Source: Vicinamibacteria bacterium (GTDB taxonomy: Bacteria > Acidobacteriota > Vicinamibacteria > Marinacidobacterales > Marinacidobacteraceae). From it: 64,000 nt of DNA. The position numbers and the translations under genes were made by a program. The notes under the pieces are model-generated. The model saw only the letters and a list, made by a program, of their open reading frames with translations. It was not told where the DNA came from and did no database searches. Shown here piece by piece: positions 10,567 to 20,553 of the stretch. How positions within the stretch are numbered: the stretch's first letter is position 1; the number at the start of each line of letters is the position of its first letter. The stretch spans positions 3,456,001 to 3,520,000 of the forward strand of contig CAXXLQ010000004.1 of the NCBI GenBank assembly GCA_963668695.2. Reading direction: 5' to 3'.

Positions 10567-12014
10567 AGTTGATTCCCGGCCTCTTGTTGCTTGCCACCTT
10601 GGTGGTGGGTCTGGTTGCGATCCGAAAGACCCGTAACACGGCGGACTTCTTCGTCGCGGGACGTCGCCTGGGCGCGTTCCGCGCCGGATTGGCGGTGGCC
10701 GCATCAGCGTTCAGCGGCTTCGTCTTTCTCGGCGGGCCGGGGCTGACCGGTCAGGTCGGCCTCGGTTCCCTGTTCATCGTGGCGCCGGCCGGATTCACCG
10801 CGGCGCTTCTCTGCCGCACGGTGGGGCGACGGCTCGCGCTGATCGCCGCGGCGAGCGGCGCCCAGACGCTGCCGGAGTCCATCGCGTTCCGGTTCGGAGC
10901 CCGGGCTCCGGCGGCGCTGGCCGCGGTCGCGATCCTGGTCGGCAGCGTCATCTATCTCGGGGTTCAACTCTCGGCGCTCGCCCGCGCCACCCGGTTCGTC
11001 TTCCCCGAGGTGGCGCTCGGAACCTGTCTCGCGGTCGGCTTGGGTGTCGTGCTCGCCTACTCGCTGGCCGGCGGAATGGTCGCCTCGGTGAACACCGACG
11101 TGCTGCAGGGAATCGTGATGGCGGTGGCCGCCACGGCGACCTTCTGCTGGGTCATGAGCCAGGTCGGGGGGCCCGCCGGCGTCGGGGAAACCCTGAATGC
11201 CAGGGGACCCGGCGGCAGCAAATTCCTCGAACCGCTGGGCGTGCTGGAGCCGGCGACCGGGTTCGGTTTCCTGCTGCTGTTCTCGGTCGGAACCATCGGG
11301 CAGCCCCATATGCTCCACAAGTTCCTGATGCTCAAGAGCCCGGAGGCGCTCCGCTATCTGCCTGCAGTGATCGGCGGCGCCCAGAGCCTCAGCATCCTCG
11401 TCTGGATCGGCCTCGGGACGGGGGCGATGGTCCTCGCGGGCGGCGTTCCGGCCAGCGCCGCCGGACACCCGGACGAGGCAGCCCTTGCCGTCCTGAACCT
11501 GCCCGGGACTCCCGAACTCCTGGCCGGTCTGGTCGCCGCGGCGGTGCTCGCCGCCATCATGTCCACCAGCGACGCCTTTGTGAACCTGGGGGCGGCCGCT
11601 CTTTGCCGGGATCTCCCCCGCGCTTTCGGCCGGAACGAATTATCCGGCCTCGCCGCGGCCCGCCTCGCGGGTCTGCTCGTGGGGCTCGCGGCGCTGGGGG
11701 TAGCAGCCTGGCACCTCTCCGAAAACGGGCTGATCGCTCGGCTCGGGACACTCGGGTTTGGGGCATTCGCCGCCGCCCTGGCCCCTACCCTGCTGCTCGG
11801 CCTGTGCTGGACCCGGGTGACCGCGCGGGCCGCGACCCTTTCGATGGCGGCGGGACTCGGTTCGCTGTTCGTCCTCGAGAGCCTGCTGCCGGGGCTCGCA
11901 GTCCCGTCAGCGGTGCTCGCGATGGCTGCCGGGTTCGGGGCGCTCGTGGTGACGAGCCTTCTTTCCCGGCGGGCGCCGCTGCCGGAATCCGTGCGCCTGG
12001 CGATGACGCTGTGA
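10563..12014 (+). CDS. Sodium:solute symporter (PutP/PanF-like)
   Basis: DFFVAGRRLG, SAFSGFVFLGGPG, TDVLQG, GQPH, AAIMSTSD. Confidence 0.88.
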   Translation: MKLIPGLLLLATLVVGLVAIRKTRNTADFFVAGRRLGAFRAGLAVAASAFSGFVFLGGPGLTGQVGLGSLFIVAPAGFTAALLCRTVGRRLALIAAASGAQTLPESIAFRFGARAPAALAAVAILVGSVIYLGVQLSALARATRFVFPEVALGTCLAVGLGVVLAYSLAGGMVASVNTDVLQGIVMAVAATATFCWVMSQVGGPAGVGETLNARGPGGSKFLEPLGVLEPATGFGFLLLFSVGTIGQPHMLHKFLMLKSPEALRYLPAVIGGAQSLSILVWIGLGTGAMVLAGGVPASAAGHPDEAALAVLNLPGTPELLAGLVAAAVLAAIMSTSDAFVNLGAAALCRDLPRAFGRNELSGLAAARLAGLLVGLAALGVAAWHLSENGLIARLGTLGFGAFAAALAPTLLLGLCWTRVTARAATLSMAAGLGSLFVLESLLPGLAVPSAVLAMAAGFGALVVTSLLSRRAPLPESVRLAMTL

Positions 12015-13072
12015 CCGGCAGGACGAGTACGCGCTTGCGCATCGCGCTGATTACCGGAGGCTCCACGCCGGAACGCGACGTGGCGCTCGCGGGCGCCGGA
12101 GAAGTTCTCCGCGCGCTGCGGGTCGCGGGACATGAAGTCACGGCGGTGGACACCGTGCACGGCGAACTGGGCCCCGAGCGTGAGGGGGAGTTCCTCGCGC
12201 TCCGGGTGGGCCGCAAGCCGCCGTCGGATCAGGATCTGGCGGCGGCGCGCGAGCGCGAGGACGTCCCCGGCCTGCTTCGGCTGAGGGCCGTGAGCAACGC
12301 GCACCTGGCATTCCTGGTCCTCCACGGACTCGATGGCGAGGGCGGGCTGTTGCAAGCAGTCCTCGAACTCGGCCGATTGCCTTTCACGGGCAGTGGGGTG
12401 CTCGCGAGCGCGCTGGCCATGGAGAAGGCGTCGGCGAAGCGGGTGCTGCAGGGAGCGGGGATCCCAACGCCCCGCTTCGAGATGCTGGAGTTCCAAACGC
12501 CCGACGACCGGCGACGCGAGATCGAGTCACTCGGATCCCCGGTGGTCGTCAAACCTTCGCGAGTCGGATCTTCGGTCGGGCTCCGCATCGCGAACGACTT
12601 CGACGACGTCCGCTCGGCGGTGGAGGAGGCACGCCGGCACGACCGCTGCGTTCTCGTGGAAGAGATGCTTCCGGGTCGCGAATTCACTGTCGGGGTGGTC
12701 GGGGAACCGGACGGGGTCGGCCTCGAACCGCTTGGCGTAGGGGAAATCGTGACGGGCTCCGGCCTCTTCGACTACCACGCCAAGTACACCCCGGGAGTTG
12801 CCGAGGAGATCTTCCCCGCGGACATTCCGGAGCACCTCGCGGCGAAGCTTCGCGACCTGACCGTCGAAACTCATCGGGCGCTCGGCCTGAGGGATTTTTC
12901 GCGGGCGGATTTCCGTCTGGACGCGGCGGGAGAACCTTTCGTGCTCGAGGCGAACACCCTGCCCGGGATGACGACCCGCAGCCTGCTGCCCCAATCGGCG
13001 GCGGTGATGGGGATCAGCTTTCCGGCGCTCTGCGACCGGATCGCGCGGCTCGCCGCTCGCCGCCGGGAGTGA
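12011..13072 (+). CDS. ddl: D-alanine--D-alanine ligase
   Basis: GGSTPERDVAL, LHGLDGEGG, VKPSRVGSSVG, FDYHAKY, EANTLPGMT. Confidence 0.9.
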   Translation: MTGRTSTRLRIALITGGSTPERDVALAGAGEVLRALRVAGHEVTAVDTVHGELGPEREGEFLALRVGRKPPSDQDLAAAREREDVPGLLRLRAVSNAHLAFLVLHGLDGEGGLLQAVLELGRLPFTGSGVLASALAMEKASAKRVLQGAGIPTPRFEMLEFQTPDDRRREIESLGSPVVVKPSRVGSSVGLRIANDFDDVRSAVEEARRHDRCVLVEEMLPGREFTVGVVGEPDGVGLEPLGVGEIVTGSGLFDYHAKYTPGVAEEIFPADIPEHLAAKLRDLTVETHRALGLRDFSRADFRLDAAGEPFVLEANTLPGMTTRSLLPQSAAVMGISFPALCDRIARLAARRRE

Positions 13073-13073
13073 G

Positions 13074-13742
13074 ATGAGAGCTTTCGCCGCACTCGGGTTC
13101 GTCGCCGCCGCGGGCTTGGGCTGCAGCCACTCCGTCGTCGTCAACTCCGTGCCGCCGCCCGAGACCCTGCTTCCCGCGGGCGTGCTGTCCTCTTCTCTCG
13201 GACTCTTCGTGGATGCCGCGCGGGTACCGGAGGAGGTTGTGCTTCAGGACTCCTTCGACAGTCCCATATGCGGCTTCATGCGCTATCCGCTCACGGCTCG
13301 CGACGCGGTCACCCAGTCGGTGGTGGAAGCGATTCGGGCGGTAGCGGACAACATCCGGCTCGTCGATGCCCCGATACATCGCTGGCGTCTCAAGGAGAAC
13401 GGACTCGACGTCGCCGTCGTGGTGCGCGTGGAGGCGTTCGCCATCAGCCTGTCCCCGCTCCGGACAATGGTGGGTATGGATTTCGAGGCGCAAGCCGAAA
13501 TCACCCTCTCGCTCGTCGCCACCACCGAAGATGGGAGCGAAATCCGGAAGACGCTGACGGGGGCGGCCACCTGGAAGGCGGAGGACCGGTGGGGATTCCG
13601 CGGCTGCGGGCTCGGCGCGCTCCCGGCGACCCAGGCGGCGGAGCGCGCGATCCGGCATGCGACGACGCAGCTCGCAGAATGGATCGTCGGGGCTCCCGAA
13701 CTGCGTCCGTCGCTGGAACGCCCGTTGCATGACCGGGGATAG
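13074..13742 (+). CDS. Uncharacterised lipoprotein, paralog 1 of 3
   Basis: Lipobox GLGC; shares LFVDA, YP, GLDxxxVVR and two Cys with the next two genes. Confidence 0.75.
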   Translation: MRAFAALGFVAAAGLGCSHSVVVNSVPPPETLLPAGVLSSSLGLFVDAARVPEEVVLQDSFDSPICGFMRYPLTARDAVTQSVVEAIRAVADNIRLVDAPIHRWRLKENGLDVAVVVRVEAFAISLSPLRTMVGMDFEAQAEITLSLVATTEDGSEIRKTLTGAATWKAEDRWGFRGCGLGALPATQAAERAIRHATTQLAEWIVGAPELRPSLERPLHDRG

Positions 13743-13778
13743 CGGACCGGGTCCTTCCGAGCCGCCAGGAGAAACAGG

Positions 13779-14447
13779 ATGAAGAGGACAATGACGACCC
13801 ACCCGCTTGCCGCGACGGCGATCGCGGGACTAGCCCTGACTGCACTTTCCTGCTCCCAGGCGGTGCTGGTGCGGCCGGCGCCCTCCGCCGAGGCGTTCGC
13901 CTTCGAAGCGCCCCTCCCGGCGGCGGCGGCCGTCTTCGTGGACGCCGACCAGCTCTTCCGGCAGGTCCGGATGACGCCCGACCTGGACGGAGACTCGTTG
14001 TGCGACGACGTCAGCTATCCGGTGGACGCACGCGAAGCGCTGGAGTTGTCGGTCCTCGGCACGCTGGAGCGGCTGGTGCGCAACGTCACGGCGACCGCGG
14101 CCCCGCTGGACCGGCAGGCGATGGAGGCGCGTGGGCTCGACGCCGTCATCGTCGTTCGCGCGGACACCTTCAACGTGGGTCTCAGCAGCGGCGCGTTCCT
14201 GAGCTTCGAAGCGGGCGCCGAACTCACGCTGTCGGTCTCGGTGTTCACCGGCGACGGCCTGCAGTTGCGGGAGGTGGTGTTCGGCAACGCGGTCCAGAAC
14301 CAGAGCGGGATCACCTGCGGCAACGGCGCCAAGGCGCTGGGCGCCGCGGTCGAAATCGCCATCGAGAACGCCATGACCGAGCTCGGCGAACTGATCGCCA
14401 ACTCCCCGGCATTGCGCGACTCCCTGGGTGGTCCGGGCAGCCGGTAG
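13779..14447 (+). CDS. Uncharacterised lipoprotein, paralog 2 of 3
   Basis: Lipobox ALSC; FEAPLPAAAAVFVDADQL shared with paralog 3. Confidence 0.78.
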   Translation: MKRTMTTHPLAATAIAGLALTALSCSQAVLVRPAPSAEAFAFEAPLPAAAAVFVDADQLFRQVRMTPDLDGDSLCDDVSYPVDAREALELSVLGTLERLVRNVTATAAPLDRQAMEARGLDAVIVVRADTFNVGLSSGAFLSFEAGAELTLSVSVFTGDGLQLREVVFGNAVQNQSGITCGNGAKALGAAVEIAIENAMTELGELIANSPALRDSLGGPGSR

Positions 14448-14599
14448 AGATCTCACGCCGCACCGGTCCGGCGATCGGCGCAAACCTCGCCGGCCCCCAC
14501 CGGAATTGTCGAGGCGATCGAGGCCCGGGAACATCTCCTGGCCATAGACTCGGAGACCCGGGAACCGTTCCGCTTGGGATCGCGACCCGGGGCCAGGCC

Positions 14600-15268
14600 A
14601 TGACCCACAGCTCCCTTCGAGTTGCGCTCGCAGCGTGGTACCTGGGCGCGGCCGGCTGCACGCACGCGATCGTGATACGTCCCGCCCCGGCCTACGACCT
14701 CCTCCTTTTCGAAGCACCGCTTCCGGCAGCCGCCGCGGTCTTCGTGGACGCCGACCAGCTCCGGCGGGAAATACGCATCACTCCCGAAGAAACCGGCGGC
14801 TACGGGTGGTGCGGCGACTCGGGATACCCCGTGGACGCGGGACAAGCACTCGAGTTGTCCGTCATCGGCACCCTTGAACAGGTGATGCGCGAGGTACGCC
14901 GAACGGCAACGCCGATGGACCGGGAAACCATGGAAGCCAGGGGTTTCGACTCCGTGATCGTCGTTCGTGCCGACACCTTCGACGCGACAGTGGCCGGCGA
15001 TCCCTCTGCGGGCTTCGAAGGTAGCGCCGAGCTGACCCTCTCAGTTTCGGCCTTTACGAGCGACGGACTGCTGCTCAGGGAAACCGTCTATGGGAGCGGA
15101 ATCCAGAACGCGGCCGGGATGACCTGCAGCGGCGGGGCGGAAGCACTCGGCCTCGCCGTTGAGGTGGCCATCGAAAGCGCGATGACCGAACTGGGCGAAA
15201 TCATCGGCAACTCCCCCGAGTTGGGCAGATCCCTCGGCGCTTCCGGAACGGACCGACCGTTCGACTGA
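14600..15268 (+). CDS. Uncharacterised lipoprotein, paralog 3 of 3
   Basis: ATG at 14600, lipobox AAGC; clearly similar to paralog 2. Confidence 0.78.
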   Translation: MTHSSLRVALAAWYLGAAGCTHAIVIRPAPAYDLLLFEAPLPAAAAVFVDADQLRREIRITPEETGGYGWCGDSGYPVDAGQALELSVIGTLEQVMREVRRTATPMDRETMEARGFDSVIVVRADTFDATVAGDPSAGFEGSAELTLSVSAFTSDGLLLRETVYGSGIQNAAGMTCSGGAEALGLAVEVAIESAMTELGEIIGNSPELGRSLGASGTDRPFD

Positions 15269-15337
15269 CCGCCGCCTGGCGCGCGCCGCGGAGCTGCGCC
15301 GCGCCGGACATCCGGATTGGCCTCCACAATAGGGGCC

Positions 15338-17053
15338 ATGACGTCGTCCCTTCCGAGTCGCGGAGCCCTCGCCCTTGCCTCGTTTGCGCTCAGCGCAGCC
15401 TGTGGAGGGCCGCCCGAGGGAGGTCCGGCGGATCTCGTCGCCCGCGGGGGGGTGATCCACACGAGCGACGCGAAGCGGCCGGTCGCGGAAGCCTTTGCGG
15501 TGCAGGGCGGCCGGTTCGTGTTCGTAGGGGATTCGAGTGGCATCGAAAGCTGGATCGGAGAAGCGACCGAGATCATCGAGCTCGACGGCCGGGCCGCGAT
15601 CCCGGGCCTGATCGACGGACACCTGCATCTGGAGTCCGGCATCTCCCTCGTGCGTGGGGTGGACCTCACCGGCATTGCCGACCGCGAAGAATGGACCCGG
15701 CGCATCGCCGCGCGGGCCGCCGAACTCGGGCCCGGAGCCTGGATCGTGGGCGGACGATGGGACCACACGCTGTCCGGGGGCGAGTTTCCGTCCGTGGAAG
15801 ACCTCGACCCGGTGACTCCCGACAACCCCGTGGCGCTTTCCGACATCGACGGACACACCACCTGGGTCAACAGCCTCGCGCTCGAGATCGCCGGCGTCGG
15901 GACGGCAACCCCCGATCCGCCGGGCGGCCGGATCGTCCGCTACGCGTCCGGCGATCCCACCGGAATCCTGCTCGAGACGGCGGGCGCGCTGGTGCGCGAC
16001 CACGTTCCGCCGCTCAACGCCGAACAGGAACGAGAGGCCATGCGCCAGACCTTCGCGACTGCCGCGAGACTCGGACTCACCGGAGTCCACACCATGGCGG
16101 GGTTGGATCGGGTTCCGGAGTACGTCGAGTTCGCGACAGCCGGCCAGTTGCCGCTCAGGGTCTGGTACGGAGTGGTCGGCGCAGCGGACCAAACCCGAGA
16201 ACTCGCTGCAGTTCGCGATGACGCGCGAAGCGCGCTGGCCACCTTGACAGCGGAGCGCGGTCCGATGTTCGAAGTCGGCTATGCGAAGCTGATGGCCGAC
16301 GGGGTGCTCTCCGCGCGCACGGCTGCCTTGCTCGCTCCCTACGCCGACGCTCCCGACGAATCCGGGTTCATGGTGACGGAGTTCGAAGAGCTCTCAGAGT
16401 CGGTGACCCGGATCCACGCAGCCGGCTTCCCGGTCGCGATCCACGCGATCGGGGACCTGGCCGTACGCTCCTCGCTCGACGCCTTCGAGACGGCAGTCGG
16501 CCGCGGCCCGCAGCCGGAACTCGCGGACCGGATCGAACACATCGAGGTGCTGGATCCGAAAGACGCGCCCCGGTTCGCGGAGATCGGAGTGCTCGCCTCC
16601 TTCAATCCCCACCACTGCATCACGGGGATCGACGTCTACAACACCGCGCGCCTCGGAGAGGCGCGGGCTGCCTGGTCCTTCGCCTGGAGAGCGGCTCGGG
16701 ACGCGGGAGCCACGCTGGTGTTCGGCAGCGACTGGGCCACCGCTCCCCTCGATCCCCTGCGCCAACTCTACGCGGCGACGGTGAGGGAAAAGCCGTCCGG
16801 CGGACCGCCGGGCGGGTGGCATCCGGAGCAGCGGGTCGCCTGGCAGGAAGCGCTCACGGCCTACACGTTGGCGCCGGCGACGGCCTCCGGTTGGGAGGAT
16901 GAGATCGGCTCGATCGAGGTGGGAAAGTGGGCGGACTTCGTCGTGCTCAGCGGCCCGGTCCCGGATCCGCCCGACCGCTCGATCCTCGATCTGCGGGTGG
17001 TTTCAACGTGGCTCGGGGGCGTCGCCACCCACCGGGCGCAAGCGGACCGTTGA
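15338..17053 (+). CDS. Amidohydrolase 3 family (YtcJ-like) lipoprotein
   Basis: PGLIDGHLH, KLMADG, IHAIGD, RIEH, FGSDW, GSIEVGKWADFVVL. Confidence 0.9.
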   Translation: MTSSLPSRGALALASFALSAACGGPPEGGPADLVARGGVIHTSDAKRPVAEAFAVQGGRFVFVGDSSGIESWIGEATEIIELDGRAAIPGLIDGHLHLESGISLVRGVDLTGIADREEWTRRIAARAAELGPGAWIVGGRWDHTLSGGEFPSVEDLDPVTPDNPVALSDIDGHTTWVNSLALEIAGVGTATPDPPGGRIVRYASGDPTGILLETAGALVRDHVPPLNAEQEREAMRQTFATAARLGLTGVHTMAGLDRVPEYVEFATAGQLPLRVWYGVVGAADQTRELAAVRDDARSALATLTAERGPMFEVGYAKLMADGVLSARTAALLAPYADAPDESGFMVTEFEELSESVTRIHAAGFPVAIHAIGDLAVRSSLDAFETAVGRGPQPELADRIEHIEVLDPKDAPRFAEIGVLASFNPHHCITGIDVYNTARLGEARAAWSFAWRAARDAGATLVFGSDWATAPLDPLRQLYAATVREKPSGGPPGGWHPEQRVAWQEALTAYTLAPATASGWEDEIGSIEVGKWADFVVLSGPVPDPPDRSILDLRVVSTWLGGVATHRAQADR

Positions 17054-17122
17054 ACGACGGGATCCGCTGGACCGGATCCACTGGACCGGATCTGCTGGTG
17101 GGACCGATCGGTAGGCGTCCGG

Positions 17123-17282
17123 TAACAGCCGGTGGTGGAACCCGGGTGAGCGCCGAGAGCGGCCAGTTCTCCTGGTGGGGGCGAGGCCCAGTTCTCCCGG
17201 TGGGGGTCCGGCTGACAAGGCGCGTGAGGGAGGAGCCCCCACCGGGAGAACTGGGCCGCGTGGGTTTCACCACCGGCTGGTA
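17123..17282. mobile_element. MITE-like repeat, copy 1 (TIR TAACAGCC(T/G)GTGGTG(G/A)AACCC), three 16-bp modules
   Basis: Terminal inverted repeats; internal motifs shared with four other loci; lies between convergent genes. Confidence 0.75.
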
Positions 17283-17293
17283 ACCGCGAGCGC

Positions 17294-18157
17294 CTATCCC
17301 GGGCTGCGCTCCACGGGTCGGGCCGGGTCGGAGCACCACTCGGACCAGGATCCCGAATAGACCGCCACATCTTCGACGCCCGCGAGTTCCAGGGCCAGGG
17401 CATTGTGCGCCGCAGTAAGGCCGGAGCCGCAGTAGCACACGATGGGGCGCCCATCCCGGGCCGCGGTGAGACCGGCGAATTTCCCGCGGAGACGCTCGGG
17501 CGCCTCGAACCGGCCGTCTGCCGCCAGGTTCTTTTTCCAGAGGTGGTTCTTCGCGCCGGGAATGCGCCCGGCCACCGGATCGATCGGTTCCCGCTCGCCG
17601 CGCCAGCGGACCGATTCGCGGGCATCCACCAGGAGATGCGCATGTCGCGCCAGTCCTGCTTCCACCTCGGCCACGCCGACCGCCATTCCGGTTACGGGCC
17701 TGGCAACGAATTGGCAGGCTGGCCGCGTCGCCTCGCCGGCGTGGAGGGCGCCCCCCGCTTCGATCCAGGCCGCGAGCCCCCCGTCCAGGACGGCGGCCCG
17801 GGTGTGTCCGAGGTAGCGCAGCATCCACCAAAGCCGCGCGGCGAACATTCCCGCGGCATCGTCGTAGGCGACCACCGCGCTGTCGGATCCGATTCCGAGT
17901 CGACCGAACACTTCGGTGATCCGCGCGACGGGCGGCAGCGGATGGCGCCCGTTGGCCCCGGTCTTCCCGGCTGCAAGATCCCGGTCGGTATCTGCAAAGA
18001 CGGCGCCGGGCAGGTGGCCTTCGAGATACCGGGCCCGTCCCCAGGACGGGTCCATGAGGTTGCAGCGCACGTCCACCACGACGGGGCCTTGGTCCCCGGT
18101 CGCGAGGCGCTCGCGGAGCCACGCAGCGGAGACGATCGGCCGTGGAGCCCAATTCAC
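17294..18157 (-). CDS. sseA: Sulfurtransferase (tandem rhodanese, SseA/MST-like)
   Basis: GHLPGAVF, GRHPLP, AARLWWML, GRIPGA, CYCGSGLTA, YSGSWSEW. Confidence 0.9.
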   Translation of the reverse strand: MNWAPRPIVSAAWLRERLATGDQGPVVVDVRCNLMDPSWGRARYLEGHLPGAVFADTDRDLAAGKTGANGRHPLPPVARITEVFGRLGIGSDSAVVAYDDAAGMFAARLWWMLRYLGHTRAAVLDGGLAAWIEAGGALHAGEATRPACQFVARPVTGMAVGVAEVEAGLARHAHLLVDARESVRWRGEREPIDPVAGRIPGAKNHLWKKNLAADGRFEAPERLRGKFAGLTAARDGRPIVCYCGSGLTAAHNALALELAGVEDVAVYSGSWSEWCSDPARPVERSPG

Positions 18158-18379
18158 GCCCGAAAGCCTACCGGCTCGAACCTCCGGACGGCCCCGCGGC
18201 CGGCCCGCCCGGACGGGACGGTCACGGGTCCGCTTTGGGGTCCGGATTCCTGCGACTTGGGAATGTGGACCAGAACCACATCTCCGGCATCGGTCCGCGC
18301 GTTCCCGGTGCTCCCCGCGCCCCAGCCCTGAGCGTGGCGCGACCCGACATGAAGCGGACAATTGAGGTAATCTGACGGT

Positions 18380-19243
18380 GTGACACTAAACGGTATCGAA
18401 AGACTTAGAAACGCATTTCGAGCGTTGGTTGATGCTGAAGGCCTCAGGCCTCTTGCCGCGCGGACCGGCATCCCGGTCGGTCAGATCCGAAGCCTGATCG
18501 ACGGGCGGGCGGTCCGCATCACAACTCTCGAGTTGATGACGCAGGTGCTGGGGGTGAATCTCACCATCGGCCCGGGTCTGGCCGGGGAAGCCCTCGGCGC
18601 CGGCGCTCATCGCGAGCCAGCCGGCCCCTGGCCGGACGCGGCGAGGCCCCCGGAGAGTGGCCCCAGCGTGATCGCAACGCAACTACGCGATGGCGCCGGC
18701 CGGGTGAAGGACCTGGCGGATCGGGTGGCGGCGGCAGCGCAGTCGTTGCTGCACCTGGTCTCGGGCTGGGATCCGGCGCAGGAGGCACGGGTCGTGGTCC
18801 ATGCGGAGGGCGCGCCGTGCACGGGTTCGCCGGTGATGATCCCGCTCGCGTCCGGTGTCCGGGTGGGCGCAGACTTCCCGGAGCCGGTTTTCGAGCCGTT
18901 GCCGGAGGTGACCTTGGGGCTCGCGCCGGACGCTCTCCCCGCCTGGGCGGGTGCGGATCGCCTGGTGTGTCTTCGCGCGACCGACGATGCCATGGCAGGG
19001 ACCATCGGCAACGGCGACCTCGTTGCCGTGGATCCCGGACATACGACGCCATTGGACAACCACCTCTTCGCCGTGGCGACAGAGGTCGGAGTGGCGGTGC
19101 GGCGCCTCCGCTTCCAGGATGGCTGGATCCTGACGGCCGACAATGCGGCCCATCCCGACCGGCCGCTCTCGGGGGCCGATCATCTCCTCGGCCGAGTGGC
19201 CTGGCACGGGCCGCGCCGTCGAGGCGCCACTCCCGCAAGCTGA
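18380..19243 (+). CDS. HTH plus peptidase S24-like (CI/LexA-type) regulator with substituted catalytic residues
   Basis: N-terminal HTH (GLRPLAARTGIPVGQIRSL); C-terminal S24 pattern with DDAM in place of GDSM and VRRL in place of VKRL. Confidence 0.75.
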   Translation: MTLNGIERLRNAFRALVDAEGLRPLAARTGIPVGQIRSLIDGRAVRITTLELMTQVLGVNLTIGPGLAGEALGAGAHREPAGPWPDAARPPESGPSVIATQLRDGAGRVKDLADRVAAAAQSLLHLVSGWDPAQEARVVVHAEGAPCTGSPVMIPLASGVRVGADFPEPVFEPLPEVTLGLAPDALPAWAGADRLVCLRATDDAMAGTIGNGDLVAVDPGHTTPLDNHLFAVATEVGVAVRRLRFQDGWILTADNAAHPDRPLSGADHLLGRVAWHGPRRRGATPAS

Positions 19244-19251
19244 GGGATCCC

Positions 19252-19541
19252 CAACAGCCTGTGGACAAAGTCTCGCGGCCCGGTTCTCCCGGTGGGGGCT
19301 CGGGCGGCGATCCATCCCGGCCAAACAGCCGGTGGTGGAACCCACGCGGCCCAGTTCTCCCGGTGGGGGCTCGGCCGGCGATCCATCCCGGCTGAACCGC
19401 GTCGCTTCGCCCCGCTCATCGTTGCGTTTCGGTCGAATACACCCGGGCCAGTTCTCCCGGTGGGGCTCCTCCCTCGCGCGCCTTGTCAGCCGGGCGCCTC
19501 GCCACTCTCGGCGCTCACCCGGGTTCCACCACAGGCTGTTA
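19252..19541. mobile_element. MITE-like repeat, copy 2 (composite), three 16-bp modules
   Basis: AACAGCCTGTGG...CCACAGGCTGTT ends, with an extra internal end at 19323. Confidence 0.75.
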
Positions 19542-19549
19542 ACCGCCGG

Positions 19550-20467
19550 CTACCGGCGTTCGCGGCCGCGGATCAACCGGAGCATGAGCCGGTTCCACGG
19601 AGTCTCGATACCGTGCTTCGCCCCGCGGGCGACGATCACCCCGTTCATTGCCTCGACCTCGGTGCGCACCCCCCGCTCCAGATCCTGAAGCATGCTGGTC
19701 TTGTTCCCCGCGGTGCGGGCGACGATTCGCTCGACGGTCTTCCAGACCTCTGCCTCCGAGGTGGACACCCCCTCGGCCCGCGCGACCGCGACGGCTTCGC
19801 GCACCAACAGCCGGACCAGGTGTTCGCTCCCCGGATCCCGGAGCAACTGTCCGGTCCGGAGCCCGAGAAGCGCGGACACCGGGTTCAACGCCGCGTTCAG
19901 GGCCGCCTTGTCCCAAAGTGACTTGCGAATATCCGGCACCTGGAGCACCGGGAATCCGGCTTCGGACAGGTATTCCGCGAGCGCCGCGACTGCGTCCTCT
20001 CCGACCTGCTGGAAACGGCTCAGGATCACCTCACCAAGGCCGGCATGGAACACGCGCCCCGATTCCAACAGGGTCGCTCCGTTGTTCGAAACCGCGCCGA
20101 TCACCGGGTAACCGCCGGCGGCGAGGGCCTCCTCGTTCCCCAGCCCGTTCTGCAGGGAAACCCGGATCGGCCCGGTCCCGAGCGGAGCGAGGGCGCGCGC
20201 CGCCGTGGCCGTCGCATGCGCCTTCACGGTGACGAGGACGAAATCCGGGCGGAAGCCGGCGAGTTCGCCCGCGGCGGGGCCGGCGGGCGGGCGGATGTCG
20301 CCCTCGGTCGCCCCGTCAACCCGGATGCCCTCCCGGAGGATCTGAGCGAGACGCTCTCCCCGGGCGACCACCGCGACCGGATGCCGGACGGCGAGTCGCG
20401 CCGCAAAGACGCTCCCGACCGCTCCGGCGCCGAAAACAAGAAAGCGAGCGCGTTCGGAGGGCGGCAT
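19550..20467 (-). CDS. panE: 2-dehydropantoate 2-reductase
   Basis: GAGAVG, VTVKAH, LQNGLG, LWDKAALNAALN, TSMLQD...TEVEAMNG. Confidence 0.9.
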   Translation of the reverse strand: MPPSERARFLVFGAGAVGSVFAARLAVRHPVAVVARGERLAQILREGIRVDGATEGDIRPPAGPAAGELAGFRPDFVLVTVKAHATATAARALAPLGTGPIRVSLQNGLGNEEALAAGGYPVIGAVSNNGATLLESGRVFHAGLGEVILSRFQQVGEDAVAALAEYLSEAGFPVLQVPDIRKSLWDKAALNAALNPVSALLGLRTGQLLRDPGSEHLVRLLVREAVAVARAEGVSTSEAEVWKTVERIVARTAGNKTSMLQDLERGVRTEVEAMNGVIVARGAKHGIETPWNRLMLRLIRGRERR

Positions 20468-20553
20468 GGGGACCGGTTCGTGAGAGAGTAGCGGCCCCCG
20501 CCGTTCCGCCGTCCTTGCGGCCGGATTCCGGCGCCGGCTGCCAGGAGAGCCCG

